Positions 63,534-64,000 of a stretch of DNA of 64,000 nt are shown in pieces. The notes under the pieces were generated by a model. The model searched no databases, was not told where the DNA came from, and saw only the letters and a list, made by a program, of their open reading frames with translations. The DNA comes from Setoptus koraiensis. Its lineage: Eukaryota; Animalia; Arthropoda. Position 1 is the first letter of the stretch. Every line of letters starts with the position of its first letter. The translations under genes were made by a program, and so were the position numbers. The stretch is from contig CM106585.1 of assembly GCA_048013815.1 (NCBI GenBank), forward strand, positions 20,522,001 to 20,586,000. Reading direction: 5' to 3'.

Positions 63534-64000
63534 ATGTCTCGTCGAGACAATTTAAGCCGAATCTACGTTGGCAATCTGCCACCAGATGTACGCACAAAAG
63601 ATCTTGAGGACTTGTTTTACAAATTCGGCAAAATTGCCTTCATTGATCTAAAAACCCGCCGTGGACCACCATTTGCATTTGTCGAATTTGTTGACTACAG
63701 AGACGCCGAAGACGCTGTCCGAAGCAGAGATGGAAAAGATTGGGATGGATACAGACTTAGAGTTGAATTTCCCCGCGGCCGTGAACGAACCTCTAATTTC
63801 AACAGAAATGGATCTAAATCTAGCCGTGGAGGCCCACCACAGCGTCGATCAAAGTATCGCGTGTCTGTTTCAGGTAACTATACCGTTCTATTTTACAATA
63901 CATATCAAACAACTATTATGCACACACATGTTAATTTTCTCTGCACAACCTACTCTATTCTTGATTAATCTAGGATTACCCCCAAGCGGCAGCTGGCAGG
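63534..64000 (+). CDS. SRSF1: Serine/arginine-rich splicing factor 1 (SF2/ASF), 5' part; exon 63534-63873, intron 63874-63973, then continues out of the window
   Basis: [24 protein letters not shown]...PPFAFVEF...[11 protein letters not shown] (RRM1). After a GT-AG intron the frame resumes as [10 protein letters not shown] (RRM2). Confidence 0.95.

Noticed and set aside
1-64000. tRNA, rRNA or spliceosomal snRNA genes
   Set aside because: No convincing T-loop or cloverleaf, or known snRNA/rRNA sequence, was seen by eye. tRNAscan-SE or Infernal would be needed to exclude them formally.

Overview
Eukaryotic (arthropod) genomic DNA, probably a compact-genome mite; the taxon is an inference from protein similarity and short GT-AG introns and cannot be verified here. 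Recognisable genes, left to right: MYRF (+), MPC1 (-, overlapping the MYRF 3' end), a stand-alone MLH3-type endonuclease domain (+), a Trp-Pro-repeat Pro/Thr/Lys-rich protein (-), casein kinase 1 alpha (-), a 7-exon cationic amino-acid transporter (-), sphingolipid delta-4 desaturase (-), a polyQ tandem HMG-box protein (+), a Ty1/copia gag-only ORF (+), a partial Slit gene (-, about 44.3-61.8 kb), and, after a 500-N scaffold gap, the 3' part of riboflavin kinase (+) and the 5' part of SRSF1 (+). Most of 21-32.5 kb and the Slit introns is microsatellite-rich non-coding DNA; the many short ORFs there look spurious. The least explained segment is 40.1-43.6 kb. It holds two related tandem modules: one carries a ~110-120 bp TCGA-rich satellite array, the other a single monomer of that satellite, a cluster of perfect hairpins, and an unrecognised ORF. 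That ORF has a C2HC-type zinc finger and a duplicated 50-aa domain (46/50 residues identical, 22 codons differing only synonymously). Other highlights: a gag with a host-like TATA and polyA signal but no LTR or pol (possible domestication), MLH3 without an ATPase domain, a MYRF hydrophobic tail encoded antisense to MPC1, and a Slit apparently missing several EGF repeats and LamG. All homology calls come from motif recognition; no database searches were run.
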